Assembly: GCA_951406725.2 (NCBI GenBank)
Contig: OX597815.1
Span: forward strand, 163,122,001 to 163,186,000
Source of the DNA: Octopus vulgaris
Lineage: Eukaryota
Length of the DNA: 64,000 nucleotides
Direction of reading: 5' to 3'
The notes beneath the pieces are model-generated. The model was given only the letters and a program-made list of their open reading frames with translations. It made no database searches and was not told where the DNA came from. Below are positions 12,990 to 27,052 of this stretch, in pieces; positions within the stretch are counted from its first letter, which is position 1, and each line of letters begins with the position of its first letter. The position numbers and the translations under genes were made by a program.

Positions 12990-13590
12990 GCATTGTGGGC
13001 TTGCTAACTGCAGCCTACAGGATCATGCTATCCATTCTTTTCAGCTGTCTAATATTTTCCTGATTATTCTGGCCATACCAAGGTGGCAAACCTTTTGTAA
13101 CAGTTCTACCGGGCACTCTATTCCAATTTCCTTCATATTCCCCTTGATGCCTTCTGATACTGTTCCCAAGAACCCAACACTTTCACCTTCATTTTCTATA
13201 GCCAGGTTATTTTGTACTTAAGAGGGTTGTATCTATCTATCTTTTTTAGCCTTCCTTCTTGACTATCCGTGGGTCAAAGGAGCATGCAACATCAACCATA
13301 TAGCATATGTGGTGCATCTTGTCCACCACCACTAGGTCCAGTCTGATATGCTCTAGCACCCGATCTGTTTGGATTGGGAAATCCCAGAGGATTTTGTTAG
13401 TCTCCAATTCTGCCACTCTCTGTGGTTTGTGCTCGTACCATGTCTTGACTCTTTCTAGCCCCCACTTTTCGTACAGATTCCAATGTAGCACTTTCGCTAC
13501 CTGATCATGTCACCACAACTTGTAGTGGTTTGGGGCAAATTTAGGGTACTCGTTTGTAATATGGGCAGTGGTTTCAGATGCAGCAGAGCG
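12990..13590 (-). mobile_element. Dong/R4-clade non-LTR retrotransposon 3' fragment
   Basis: LHWNLYEKWGLERVKTWYEHKP...KILWDFPIQTDRVLEHIRLDLVVVDK...DVACSFD matches the R4/Dong RLE motifs. Flanked by (TTA)n. Confidence 0.85.
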
Positions 13591-13854
13591 GAGATTATTA
13601 TTATTATTATTATCATCATCATCATCATCATCATTATTATTATACTAGCTAACCCTGTGCGATCAAAAATGATGACTAATTGTAGTATTTTATATATAAA
13701 TAAGGTATAAAATAAGGTACATAATAATCACAGATACATATATTCACATACTTCCCTTGTACATGCACACAGATACACATATATACTCAATCAGAGTTGA
13801 AACGCTGTTTGATTTTTCTTTTCAGCATTGAATGTTCACCATCCCATTTCCATT

Positions 13855-13889
<35 letters not shown>

Positions 13890-14219
13890 TTCACATACCT
13901 CCCTTTTACATACATACACATAAACTCACACAGAGTTGAAACTCTGATCTTTTTCCCCCCTTCCTTCATTATTCATCTATCAGCCCTTCTTTCTCATTCA
14001 TATGTTGTGATAGATAAAAATAGAAGATACACGATGCACTCTTTGCCACTTCCTTTCTCTCATTGCTATTACTTACTCTCACTCTCTCTCAGTCAGGGCT
14101 ATTACTCACACTACTTCTCATTCACTGAATTACTATTTTCTCTCTTTTCTCATCACTTATACTACTCTTACTCCTACCCTATCCTACTTCTACTTGGTGA
14201 TTTTGAACAAAAACCATTA

Positions 14220-14263
<44 letters not shown>

Positions 14264-14695
14264 AATATATAAAAACACTACACTTGTTATTATATTACAT
14301 TAGGAGATGTTTAGTTTTTGCTTTGCATTCGTACAAGTTGACTCCAAGTCTCACCCAGAGACCTCAGGAGACAAGCTAGAAATTCAAGCTGGTTTTATGA
14401 TTAGGGTGCCACACTTTTGGTTTTGCAGAGTATTATTCAAGACAGTGTCTGTCAAAACATAAGAAAATTAAAAGTTTGTTTTAAAAGTAATTTGATGGTA
14501 ATATGATAGTGTGATCTAAAGATGACAGTAAAAGTTGTTTGCTATTATGTACATTTAAAAGTACTTTTGATAACATTCGCAGTTTAAGATGTTTTTGGAA
14601 TTACATAGACAATATTTTTCTTTTATTATTATTATTCAATGCAGAGCTCCTCCTGTTACTCAGTGTGGAGCTCTTCCTTATTATTATTATTATTA

Positions 14696-14733
<38 letters not shown>

Positions 14734-14807
14734 TTTCTTCTTCTTTCAAATTTGTTTCCATTTCTTGCCGAGTGTCTTCCCGACTCCTAGGGCAAAGAAA
14801 CTCATAC

Positions 14808-14853
<46 letters not shown>

Positions 14854-15397
14854 CATTATTATTATCATCATCATCATCATCATCATCATTATTATTATTA
14901 TTTTAATGAGACCTCTCAGCTTATTTTGCTGCCAACAACAAACAGACTAAGGTGACTCTTGTTTACTGATTATGCTTCAAGAACTCCTGCGGAGAACTCT
15001 TTCAGTTCCAAGCTATGATGATTTTTGTATCTTTACAGTGCTGATACTTCCAAGTGCATCAGTTACTATTGGTATCACGTCCAGTTAGTTTTGAGCATTA
15101 TTATTATTACAAACTCTCTACACTGCTAATTGAATTGTCATCTCTTCACTAAACTAAATACAATCCACCTGCCCTTCCTCCTCCCATCACCTTTATAGTG
15201 TGACATCTCCCAGGTCTTATATCCAATGCTTTATGTAATCTATTTTCCCAGAACCACATCACCTTGAGAACCCCCTCCCAGCCCAGAAATCAAACTACCA
15301 ATGTTCACGATAAACATCAATTGTCTTGATCTCACCATTCTAGAAGTGTCTGTAAAAGTTATTGGTATTCCTCCTCTTACTCCTACTACTCTCATAT

Positions 15398-15701
15398 TCT
15401 TTTATTCTTTTACTTGTTTCAATCATTTGACTGTGGCCATGTTGGAGTGGGGATGCAAGCACACTAACATCGGTTGTCAAGTAATGTTGGGGAAACAAAC
15501 ACAGATACACACACACATAGATATATATAAATATACATGATGGGCTTCTTTCAGTATCCATCTACCAAATCCACTCACAAGGCTTTGGTCAGCCTGAGGC
15601 TATAGTAGAAGACACTTGCCCAAGGTGCCACGCAGTGAGAATGAACCCGGAACCATGTGGCTGGTAAGCAAGCTTCTTACCACACAGCCACTCCTGCACC
15701 T
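15398..15701 (-). mobile_element. Family B SINE
   Basis: Reverse of GCAGGAGTGGCTGTGTGGTAAG...GCACCTTGGGCAAGTGTCTTC...GAAACAAGTAAAAG. Confidence 0.85.
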
Positions 15702-17399
15702 AAATAAATAAAAAAGAAACTTGACCATTTTCAGCAATTCTCAGACTGCAATTTCTCATTTGCAATTTACTACATCATAGTCTTCTCCGTTGGGAAGAGG
15801 TGCCTGCATTGACTAACCCTTTTATGGATGGTGTTTGTTATGAGCTTGAGGACCTGGTTATAACCCTAGTACTAGCTGCCCTCACCCAGAACTTTTGAAC
15901 AGCTACAGAGGATGAACACCAGTGCGTCTTTCCACAGGCTCAGAGGAGACACTGGTGACTCCATTTTACCCCAATAGAACAAATTGGATATCTCAGTAGG
16001 ATATTATGAACTGACTAAGTCACTTTACAGCATCCAATTAGTGAGGCTCTGTTTTCCAAAGGTCATCAGACTTTGTGTGCTGCTGCCTGTTCCCATCTTA
16101 AGTAGGCTTCTAGTACTACATTCCAACACTCTTACTCCATTACTCCACAATCATTGCTCTTACCTTGTTCTAAATCAGTAGCTTCTCTCCTCTCCTTGTC
16201 ATAGCTAGATATTGTTCTGTTATTCAAACTACTGCAACAATCCATATTGGAGAAATAGCCTAAGTATAGGTTAAAGAATTAGGGAACACTGGAGTGAGTA
16301 TGATGAAAAGAATAAAATATCTTTACCAACATTGTCATACAGAAAAACAATGGGTCAATAAACAATGCAGAAATGTTACTCTTACCATTCACCCAAAAGA
16401 CCTGATTCTATAATAGGTTACAGAGAATATAGATTCTGATTCAACACACATCCTCAATAGAAGGAATCAGTAGATTTATAACACACCAATAGCATTGCCT
16501 ACCACCATCACCATTGTAATAGAAGAATGAGTATAAAGTGGAATTAAACCCAACAAAATTCACTCACCTCTCCTCCCCCACATACACTCACATAAATACT
16601 TCTAGTAGGAGCTACAAAAGCAAAAAAAAAAAACAGACAAATAAAAATTATAAAGATGCAATGAAAATAAAATACACATGCTTGACAACATAGAGACGAA
16701 ACTTGGCTGCATAATATGCACAAGAAAATAAGTTGTAGAATCTGAATTCATTGAAAAAGTTACATTGGTGATGAGCAATTTCTGAGAAATTAGTCAACAG
16801 TAAAATAAAAGCTGAAGTGAACAACACACAATGCATGTATTTATTGGTATTATGACCCTCTCAAAGAATAAAAGCTTCTAAATATTCATAAGAAAACACA
16901 AAAATTATAAAATAGTAGCATTTTAAGGAAATTTGGTTTGTTCCCCTTGCTGTACATGAACAAGGTTTCCTTCATCCTTTTCATGCAATAAGTGCTATAA
17001 CAATATTTTCATTACAAAGAAGGTAAGACGGACAGGTGGAAGTGATGAAAGGGTGAATCTAATATTAATGAGGAATACAGATTGGAAGAGAAGTTTTCAG
17101 TGTTATTAGCGTGATTAAGAACTTTTGAGAGATGATGGTGACGATGTTCAAACTGAAGAATAAAGCAACATGTTTTTAAGCCTATATTAAAATCTTAATT
17201 TAACTATCATTTTAGATTGATCCAAATGGTTGGTTGTAGTTTCAGTTACATATATAGATAAACTTACATTATAATCATTGTATATCATCATCATCATCCT
17301 CATCATCATCATCCAGTGTTTTAAATCCAGGTTTTGTCTCTGATAATGGAAGTGGCTAGATCTACCTCAATGCCATAGCCACCACCATCACACCATCTT

Positions 17400-17905
17400 G
17401 CCCAGTTTAGGGTGTCCTCCTTTCTGAAACCAACCCTCCCAATCTCCTCCTCCTCCACCTGTCCCCTCCACCTTTTCCTTGGTCTACCTCACTTTTGCGC
17501 TCCATTTACCTCAAGCGCAATCATCCTCCTCAGAACATGCTCTTCATCCTTCCTCAACACATGCCCATACCACCTCACTCCATTCGCGCTTGCCAGCCAT
17601 TCCACCAATTCCTCCAACCCCAGCATCCCCATCAATTCCTCAGTCTTCCTCTTATCAAATGGCTTTCTTCCAACATTGCTCTCGGTCCTTCTCAAAATTG
17701 CCATCTCACTCTCCTTCAAACACTATGTCTTACTCCCATACAGCAGTGCAACTCTCACACAACTCTTATAGACCCTTCCTCTCCTCTTCAATGAGAACCT
17801 TTTCCCATATAACAATGCTCCACATTCCCTGAACTTCACCCAGCCATGCCTCGCTCTTGCTGTCACAGCTGCTTCACATCCACCACTTACATCCACCCTA
17901 TCTCC
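17400..17905 (-). mobile_element. RTE-clade LINE 3' fragment
   Basis: GGCEAAVTARARHGWVKFRECGALL...RGRVYKSCVRVALLYGS and RWYGHVLRKDEEHVLRR. Contains a frameshift. Confidence 0.85.
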
Positions 17906-17930
17906 CATTTACATCCTATTTATATTTCAG

Positions 17931-18222
17931 GTAAAACCACCAGTGCCCTTAACAAGTGGCAGCAGTTCAAGCAGCTTAGTACATTGCAATAACTATCAAT
18001 TTACCCGTTCTGGTGAGATGCATCAGATCACTACTAGTATTCATCCTGGGACTACAAACTTATTTATCAATAACTTCGGAAATTTTTCCTCGACCAGCAC
18101 CATGCCAAACGAAGATCAACAAGTAGCCGTGGCTAACAACTGTAATACATTTTATAGCTGTCATGCGAAACCAAGACAACACTATTTCAATATGTTTGGT
18201 ACAGTAAATAAAATAGTGGTAG
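17931..18222 (+). CDS. Exon of gene 1 (VKPPVPLTSGSSSSSLVHCNNYQF...PRQHYFNMFGTVNKIVV), Asn/Ser/Thr-rich
   Basis: Acceptor cctatttatatttcag|, phase 0, compatible with the previous exon. The donor is ambiguous: GTAG|gtatga (18222) or GTG|gtaggt (18218). Confidence 0.75.
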
Positions 18223-19261
18223 GTATGATTTATAATTTTGTTCTCTTTAACTCTTTAGCATTCGGTTTACTCTGTCAAATGTAATGCTTTATTTATTCAC
18301 AATGCTTTGAAATAATCATGCATTATCTTGTAGCTTTGAGATCCCAATGATGTGATTGCTCATTTTTACAATGACATGTGGTAATACTGCAAGTGTGTTG
18401 GCTTGCTTCAGTAGGTTCCGTTGAACCTTGTAGGGTGCGACCAATTGAAGCACTTAGAGTTGCATTGATGGGTTTTTTTTCTGGGTTTTTTTTGTTTTTC
18501 ATTTGTATAAATTATACAATAAAATATTCTAAACATTTCAAGGTTGTACACATGTGCAGCATTGTAGCATAGATGTGAGAAGTTGTGAGAAGTTGTACAT
18601 GGCCATTTTGAACATAAAACAGGTAGAATATTTGGGCCTGTTATGGCTGGTTTAAATGCTAAAGGGTTAAATCTCTCACAGATACATATTGTGCCCTAGA
18701 TTGGTTGGTGTCTGAAATATATAATACTTTGGATCTTCCATAAAACTCAAGCTTTCTGGTGATGTTAGAATCTCAAAGATAGAAGACCTCAATAGAAACT
18801 ATGCCTAATATGTAAATTACTTCCATAGGGCCTTCCTTAGATTATCTTTTTTATTCAGTTTCCCAATCTATCTTTTATCTTATACTTGTTTAAGTCATTG
18901 GACTGCAGCCATGCCGGGACACCATTTTGAAGGGGTTTATTAAACAAATTGACCCCAGTACTTACATTTTATTGATACTTATTCTGTCAGATTCTTTTCT
19001 TGAACTGGTAAGTTACAGGGATGTAAAGAAATAAACACCTGATGTCAAGTGGTTATGAGGACAAACATAAAGATAGACACAAATATACATATTCATCCAT
19101 CCATCCATCCACTCATCATCCATTAATCCTTCTTTCCTCCCTTCTTAAATTCCTCTCTCCCTAATCAACAAAACATGCATGTTCATTGCTGGCATAGGCT
19201 GGATAGTTTGCCAGAATCCAGTGGGATCTAGGGTTGCCTCATACTCCAATGTCTATTTTGT

Positions 19262-19720
19262 GGAGGCACAGGGCTTAGTGGTTAGGGTGTTGGACTCATG
19301 ATCATAAGACTGTGTTTCGATTCCTGGACCTGGCAATGCATTTTGTTCTTGCAAAGCACTTTATTTCACATCACTCCAGTCCACTCAGCTGGCAAAAATG
19401 AGTAATCCTGCAATGGACTGTCGTCCCATCCAGGTGTGGAATATATAGACCATGAAACTGGGAAACCAGCCCTTATGAATTGATATGACCCCAGAAGGAA
19501 ACTTTGTGGAGACGTATGGCTTAGTGGTTAAGGTGTTGGACTCATGATATAAGATTGTGGTTTCAATTCCAGGACTGGATGACACGTGTTCTTGAGTAAA
19601 ACACTTCATTTCATGTTGTTCCAATCCACTCAGCTGGCAAAAATGAGTTCTCCTGCAATGGACTGGTGTCCCATCCAGGTGCGGAATATATATGCCATGA
19701 AACCGCAAAACTGACCCTTG
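19262..19720 (+). mobile_element. Tandem pair of tRNA-derived SINEs (family E)
   Basis: Duplicated GGCTTAGTGGTTA..GGTGTTGGACTCATG...CCACTCAGCTGGCAAAAATGAGT. Confidence 0.8.
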
Positions 19721-20422
19721 CAAGTAGGCATAATTCAAGAAGGTAAATTTACCTTTACCAGTGTCTATTTTGGCTTGGTTCAACAGCTTGATGCCCTTCC
19801 TAACAACATGCACTTTACAGCATCTGTTGGGTGCTTTTTACATGTCACCAGCAGTATTGAGGTTACTATGCAGCCTGCAAGATTGCATACCCTGAGGTGA
19901 AGTGGGTGGTGGGGTAACTTTACACTAGGAGAATAAGAAATAGAGAAGGATAACATATGAGAGAAAAAGGGCTGGAACAGATCAGATTTCTTGCTGTGGA
20001 GGGGCTATATGACTACTCACATTTTACAAGAGAGGGTGGGTGTGTGGAGCTGGAAAGTGATAAAAATATTCACAGAGGAGGTGAATGGGGTGTTCCATTG
20101 GTCAGTTCAGATCACATGTTGAGGTTAATCATGCAGTGACAGCATATTTTCTTGTTTGCTGCACCTTGCAAATGCATAAGGGCTTCAAGGTTAAGATGGT
20201 GTTTTCCAGGTATAAGTAACCAATAATTTGAAGTTCATTAGCAGGTCATTTATTCATTTATTTATTCATTTTTTTTTTCTTGTGGCAATAATCTGATAAA
20301 TTGGTTTACTTGTTAATATCCTGTGTTGATGTTGAAATTCCAGTGAAAGAGCCTTGGATCTAGATTAGAAACAGGTTCTTTCTCTATTGGCAAGAAACCT
20401 TGAAATAAAACTGAACAATGAC

Positions 20423-20481
<59 letters not shown>

Positions 20482-21604
20482 TACAGACAGACAGACATGC
20501 AGCTATATGCATGAGGAGGCATATATAAAACAAAATAAACAAATCTGCTCATATACTTACATACAAAAATACTCTGCTGATGTTTTTGAAATTCCAATGA
20601 AGAAACCTTGGATCTAGGTTACAAACTGACTCTTACTCTATTGGCAAGAAATCTTGAAATAAAACTGAATAATGACATATATACATATGCACATATATAC
20701 ATTTGTAGCGGCACGTGCACACGCGCACACACATACACGCATTATATGTTTATCCATGTATGTATGTATGTATGTGTGTGTGTGTTTAGTGAAAGAGTTA
20801 CAGAAGGAGAGGGAGACAGAAGACAGAAAGAAAGAGAGAGAGAGAAACATCTAAGGAATTTGCCCTCAATAATTCATTTGTACTGTAGTCTTTCAGAAAG
20901 AGTGCCAATACTTCTTTGTCGATTGTGTTTTAGGATAAGAGAATAAACTATATTAGCTTCCTGTTCTATTTTGTGTTATCGAATACATGGTCAATTGTTG
21001 ATCCTTCAACAGACATCACATCAAGTATCTCCACACTGTTATAGATTAATGATTAGTTTTTTGCTGAAGCAGCTCAATTTCCAATTTGAAGTATGAAGTT
21101 CATAAATTCTCTTTGTTGTTCTGTATGTATGCAAATTTGGGGTTAGCAAATATTTGATATACAACCACAGATGAAAACATTTAATGCAAATGTTAATTAA
21201 CAAAAGTTCTTGCGGGCTATGGTAAAATTTGTCTGAAGTTTCCGCCAAGTGGAATGGTCTTACTCCAAAAGGTCTGTAATGTCTTGCTGGCAGTTGTCAA
21301 TCATATTTTGAGCAAATGTGTGTTCCCTGTAGCATTCATATTATTCTGCCCAATTAACCATTCATTTTCTCATAGGTTCAAGATTTTGATGATGTGATTG
21401 TTTACCTTTAGGATGATATTGTAAGGTAGGTGTGAGAGGCCAGATCTGGCCTCTTAGAACAGAAAACAAGTAAACTTTTTGGGCTGGATATGGTCAGTTT
21501 AAATGCTAAAATGGTTAAAGTTTTGGTTTCACAAATTGGTTTGATCAAATATCAGAGATACATATCATGTATTCACATCTGTCAGAGACACAGGCAATCT
21601 GAAT

Positions 21605-21812
21605 ACCATATTTTTTGGCATGCAAGTCGAAATTTTCTGACCAAAATTTACAGCTAAAACAGGTAGGTCATCTTATATACCAAAACAACTTTGGAGGACC
21701 AAAAATTCAATTTGAAATATAGCTACATTTGGAAAGATGGTAACAATGTTTGAATGTTTTACATTACATGTTAATATTATATACTATGTTGACTTGTATG
21801 CCAGAAAATACA
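21605..21812. mobile_element. pogo/Tigger-type MITE
   Basis: Imperfect TIRs: TA-CCATATTTTTTGGCATGCAAGTCGA and TTGACTTGTATGCCAGAAAATACAG. Confidence 0.55.
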
Positions 21813-22256
21813 GAATGCTGGGAATTGTTCTTCCTCCTGCTAGTAAGATTAGCAATCAATTCCTGTCCATATTGTTCATAATTACTTCAAGAGATATCAG
21901 CAAATAAAAAAAAAAAGGCATGTTTTACTAAATCCACTTGGAACATCAATGTAAAATCAGTTATTTGCAAAGATTCTTCCTTTAGTAATTTTCTCAGTAA
22001 AATTAACGACAACATCTATTCATTAACTTTTACTCAGAAGTGAAAGAATCAACATTTGGCTGACAAATATTCTGTTCATTGATTCTTTGTTGAGCATGTC
22101 CTCTCCATTTCAGTAAACCAATCCTTTCACAAGTTATTGTTCTATTTTCAGTTTGGACTTAATTTATTTCATGTAGTGCTACATGTAGTGCTACATGTAG
22201 TGCTGTAACCTGGCATTTCTTGATGAATCTCGTCATTGCATTATTAATATGTTTCA

Positions 22257-23266
22257 TATTTCTTTATTACGCACAAGGGGCTAAACACAGAGGGGACAAA
22301 CAAGGACAAACAAAGGGATTAAGTCGATTACATCGACCCCAGTGCATAACTGGTACTTAATTTATCGACCCCAAAAAGATGAAAGGCAAAGTCGACCTCA
22401 GCGGAATTTGAACTCAGAATGTAACGGCAGACGAAATACCGCTAAACATTTCGCCCAGCATGCTAACGTTTCTGCCAGCTCTCCGCATTATTAATATGTT
22501 TTATAGCAGTGTTACATTTATGGGATAATAATGTGCATAAATACCTACAAACATTATTCTGTCCTGAACCAACATCTTGAAAGTAAAGGCCTCTGGTGTA
22601 GCATTTTCAAACCGTTCATCATTTTCTAATAGTCCAAGATATTTGCATGGTACCACATAAGTAGGCATAAATCCCTATTCAGCAGATTTCCAAGCATCAA
22701 ACACAAAGCAATAGCATGCAAAGGGGGAGTTTTCTGTCTCTCTTAGGTTAACTGCTTACATGCAGCTAGTCACATTGGGATTTCTTCTTAATGTCATTTC
22801 CACTGTACAAGAAATTATATGCATTCATATGAAGAGTACTAGCTTAAAGCATGCAGTCAAAATAGTATTCTTTTCTACTCTAGGCACAAGGCCCAAAATT
22901 TTGGGGGAGGAGGCCAGTCGATTATATTGACCCCAGTACACAACTGGTGCTTAATTTACTGACCCTGAAATAATGAAAGGCAAAGTTCACCTCACCAGAA
23001 TTTGAAGTCAGAAAGTAAAGACAGATTAAATTCCTATTTCTTTACTACCCACAAGGGGCTAAATACAGAGAGGACAAACAAGGACAGACAAATAGATTAA
23101 GTCGATTATATCGACCCCAGTGCATAACCGGTACTTAATTTATCAACCCCGAAAGGATGAAAGCAAAGCCAAATTCGGCAGAATTTGAACTCAGAACGTA
23201 GCAGCAGACGAAATACTGCTAAGCATTTCACCCGGCATGCTAACGTTTCTGCCAGCTCACTGCCTT
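22257..23266 (-). mobile_element. Cluster of family A SINEs (22257-22487, 22866-23266)
   Basis: Reverse-complement matches to 6813-7046. Confidence 0.85.
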
Positions 23267-23821
23267 GCAGTCAAAATACTATGGCAATTATGTTGAGTTT
23301 AAGTGGTTTGATGAGCTTCATCTCCTTGAAAGTACACTCATTGCTAACCTAGAAAGTGAATAGCCAGTCCACAAAATGTGGTTTTGATTCCTGGACTGCA
23401 TAGAGCATTTTGTTCTCGAGCAAAACACTTTGTATCATGTTGCTCCTGTCCATTCAGCTGTAAACAAGTTCCAACAATAGATGTGGAGTTAACCCTGTGA
23501 TGGAAACTGGGTTAAGCTCTGGCCTTATGAGTTGTAGTACTCAAGAGGAGTGTCTGGACAAGGTTGTTTATGGAAGACCAGCAGTCACCCAGGCATACTA
23601 GCCCCCCCCTCTCCATGCTACTGATATTATCCAAGAGAAAGGCAAAGGCCTGGCACCAGTGACATCACAACTCATATCTACATCTGAGTGAAGTGGAGCA
23701 ATGTGAAATAAAGTGTCTTGGTCAAGAACGCAACACACAACCTGGTTCAGAAATCAAACTCACAGCCTCGTGATTGTGAGCCTGATGCTCTAACTACTGA
23801 GCTATGCACCTTCACATACAT

Positions 23822-23852
<31 letters not shown>

Positions 23853-24919
23853 TACACATATTAGGAGGGAAGACCCCCTTTGGTCATGAATGACCATGGG
23901 ATTTTGTGAATCTAACAGATTTTTTTTGTGTTTCTTATATGGCTTATAAACACCTTCCACGCTGCAATTGTTTTTGTTCCAGCACACAATCTCAGATCAG
24001 GTCACTTGCTATGCAAGTACATCTCTGTAATTCTTTACCTGAAACTGTTCTGAAATTTGTTTTGATATGATCCATTCTCTATGCAAGTGAGTGAGGATAT
24101 GCCAATGCAACAGGGCCAGTATATCAAATTTCTTCACAAGTTCATGTAATAACTATCTTCCTTTTCATTCAAAATTTATGCTGAGACTAATCTGTCAATA
24201 CTAGCTCAATGTTCTATCTTGAGAGTAAAATGTTCAGTGCAAAAGAATTACACGACGATAGAAGATAACAAGAAACTGGAATAGCTTTTCTTGTCTTTCT
24301 ACCTGTTATCTAAGAAAGTGAAAGTGCTTACCTTGTGAAAAGTGATGATGAAAGTGCTTACATTTGCAAAACAGTGACAATGCTTACTAAGGAAATGAAA
24401 TTATTAAGGATCAGAAGTATTCTGTATTGATTGTATAATAAATAGTGCATTGTATGGGAGACGCTAGGTGCTATAAAGTATGCAGCATGATAAAAGCATG
24501 TTGTAACATTGTGGAATTGTACAAAAAGAAGACATGAGAAATCCTTACATAAATGTGTGTGTGTGTATATCGTCATCATCATCGTTTAACGTCCGCTTTC
24601 CATGCTAGCATGGGTTGGACAACATATATATATATATATATATATATTTCCATGCTAGCATGGGTTGGACTATATATATATATATATATATATTCTTTTA
24701 CTCTTTTATTCTTTTACTTGTATCAGTCATTTGACTGTGTGATACACACACACCTAAATTTCTGGATATTGACCCATCATCAGCATATGACAATCACCTG
24801 TTATTTCTTTATTATTGGCACACAGGCTAGCCCTTAAAGGTGGATGCTACAGTAGCTTGTAACCCCTTAAGGGTTAGCCACATTTAAGTGGAAAAGATAC
24901 TTTACAATATATATATATA

Positions 24920-25382
24920 TATTGGTACCTGAGCCAGTGGAGCGCTAACAGATCCATCCAAGTGAGATCGCTAGCAGAGCAGCTGTCTGGCTTCCATGCT
25001 GGTAGGCCTGTAAAAATGCACCATCTGAGAGTGATCGTTACCAGCGTCACCTTACTGGCATTTGTGCCGATAGCATGTGAACAAAACATTCGAGCGAGGT
25101 CGTTGTCAGTGCCGCTAGACTAACTCCTGTGCAGGTGGCAGCATGAAAAACCACCATTTCAAGCATGGCCGTTGCCAGTACCACCAGACTAACCCTTGTG
25201 CAGATGGCACGTAAAAGCACCCACTACACTCTCAGAGTGGTTGTCATTAGGAAGGGCATCCAGCTGTAGAAACTCTTCCAGATCAGATTGGAGCCTGGTG
25301 CAGCCATCTGGCTCACATCCCTCAGTCAAATCGTCCAACCCATGCCAGCATGGAAAGTGGACATTAAAGGATGATGATGATG
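24920..25382 (+). mobile_element. Family C SINE
   Basis: AAAAGCACCCACTACACTCTC...GAAGGGCATCCAGCTGTAGAAA...CCATGCCAGCATGGAAAG plus a (GAT)n tail. Confidence 0.8.
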
Positions 25383-25401
25383 TACATACATATACACTTA
25401 T

Positions 25402-25800
25402 GTAGGGAGTTGAGGCTCAATTTGACAGTTTGCATAAAAGGGAAAAAAAACACAGTAACCCATCCAAAAAGTAAAAGTATTATAAATATAAAAAAATATC
25501 CACTAGATTATGGCTGAGTGATAACTGAGTGTTTACTCAAATTAGCCACCCTCAGTTTTCATCACAGCTGCAAGACACCTCTGAAACCTGGTGCATGCAC
25601 TCCTTACTGTCTTCTTGGGAAGATCTTCGAACACCTCCTTGATCTTGGCCACCAGCTTGGTCTTGGTATTGCAGGCAGAGTGGTTGGTGACTTTCTCAAC
25701 TGTGCCCACCACATACTAATCCATGGGATTAAAATCAAGGGAATAGAAAGCCAGAAATTGTGGCTGGTGAAATCATAGAAATTTTCCTACAACTACATCT
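25402..25800 (-). mobile_element. Tc1/mariner (maT-like) transposase C-terminal remnant
   Basis: Minus translation (frameshifted, with stops) NFWLSIP..FNPMD*YVVGTVEK...ACTRFQRCLAAVMKTEGG, a decayed WPPxSPDLNPxDY region. Confidence 0.65.
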
Positions 25801-26209
25801 AAATTGAGCTTAAGGCCTCGTTTATCATTTGCTGGATGAATTCTGGCATGTGGATGCAGTTAGAACATCTACTGTGTTCCTTCCTGCCGGCCATGGCTTT
25901 GTAATCTCTGTTGCAGCTGTTCATGTCATGCCTTACAGCCTTTACAGAGCTTTGAGCAACCATCATGATGTCAGCATTTTGATACCTGGTGCAAATGCCA
26001 ATGATACAGGTAACTATTTTCCAATATTCAGATAGCTTCCAGTGCCATCATGTCAGCTAACTTTTTCACAGCTACAAATTTAATCTTTATGCTCTTCAAT
26101 GCCACTGATTGTTCGCTATTCACCAATATATCAGGCTGTTCCTAAGAAAGGGAGGGTGTTATAAAAATATCCTCAAACTTAGTACAAACACCCTGTGCAT
26201 ATATATATT

Positions 26210-26720
26210 TGTTGTGACCCCCTTCGGTCATGAATGACCATGGGATTGCACCTAGAAAGTTAACCCCCAAGGCACAAGTCTGGGCAAGGTTGTTTATGGA
26301 AGACCAGCAGTCGCCCATGCATACCAGCCTTCCCTCTCCACGCCACCGATGTTATCCAAGGAAAAGGCAAAGGCCGATACAGTTTGGCACTAGTGACGTC
26401 ACAGCTCAATTATTAACATGCAAGTAGCTGAGCACTCCACAGACACGTGTACCCTTAACATAGTTCTTGGGGAGATTCAGTGTGACACAGAATGTAACAA
26501 GGCTAACCCTTTGAAATACAGGTACAAGAGAAACAGGAAGAAAGAGTGAGAAAAAGGTGTGGTGAAAGAGTACAGCAGGGTTTACGACCACCCCCTGCCG
26601 GAGCCTCGTGGAGTTTAGGTGTTTTCACTCAATAAACACTCACAATGCCTGGTCTGGGAATCGAAACCGAGATCCTACGACCGCAAGTCCACTGCCCTAA
26701 CCATTGGGCCATTGCACCTC
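26210..26720. mobile_element. Composite SINE block including a family D head on the minus strand
   Basis: Minus GGAGGTGCAATGGCCCAATGGTTAGGGCAG...GTTTCGATTCCC. Related copies at 33367-33671 and 47230-47541. Confidence 0.75.
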
Positions 26721-26983
26721 CACACACATATATATATATATGTATGTATATATACACATACACACATACACACACACGCTTGTAAATCATTATGTCTATT
26801 GTCTATTATTTGCCCTTTTTTCCCCTTTTATCAGCTGACATGCACCAGTATGATTCCTGGCATAAATCAATAAATTAATTGCCATACCATCATCATCCAC
26901 GAGTCAATTACTTAAACGCCAGCCCTTAGCAGCCATGCAGTCATTAACTAATTATATTTATATTCAATTAACAAACTAATTGT

Positions 26984-27052
26984 GTTTTTTGGCAACAGTT
27001 GGAAGTTTATTTATGAATCGCGAGGAAGAAAGCATAAAATCACCATAGCAAC
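26984..27052. promoter_or_regulatory. Two RFX X-box-like motifs
   Basis: ATCACCATAGCAAC (27039-27052) matches 13/14 positions of GTHNYYATRRNAAC. GTTTTTTGGCAAC (26984-26996) is a weaker site. Both lie in unique sequence. Confidence 0.4.

Noticed and set aside
18223-18284. Read-through end of the 17943-18284 ORF as the true C-terminus
   Set aside because: It passes good donor sites and terminates inside a MITE.
20897-21044. Candidate terminal exons for gene 1 (acceptors at 20896 and 21012)
   Set aside because: Two equally weak alternatives that cannot be chosen between without transcripts.
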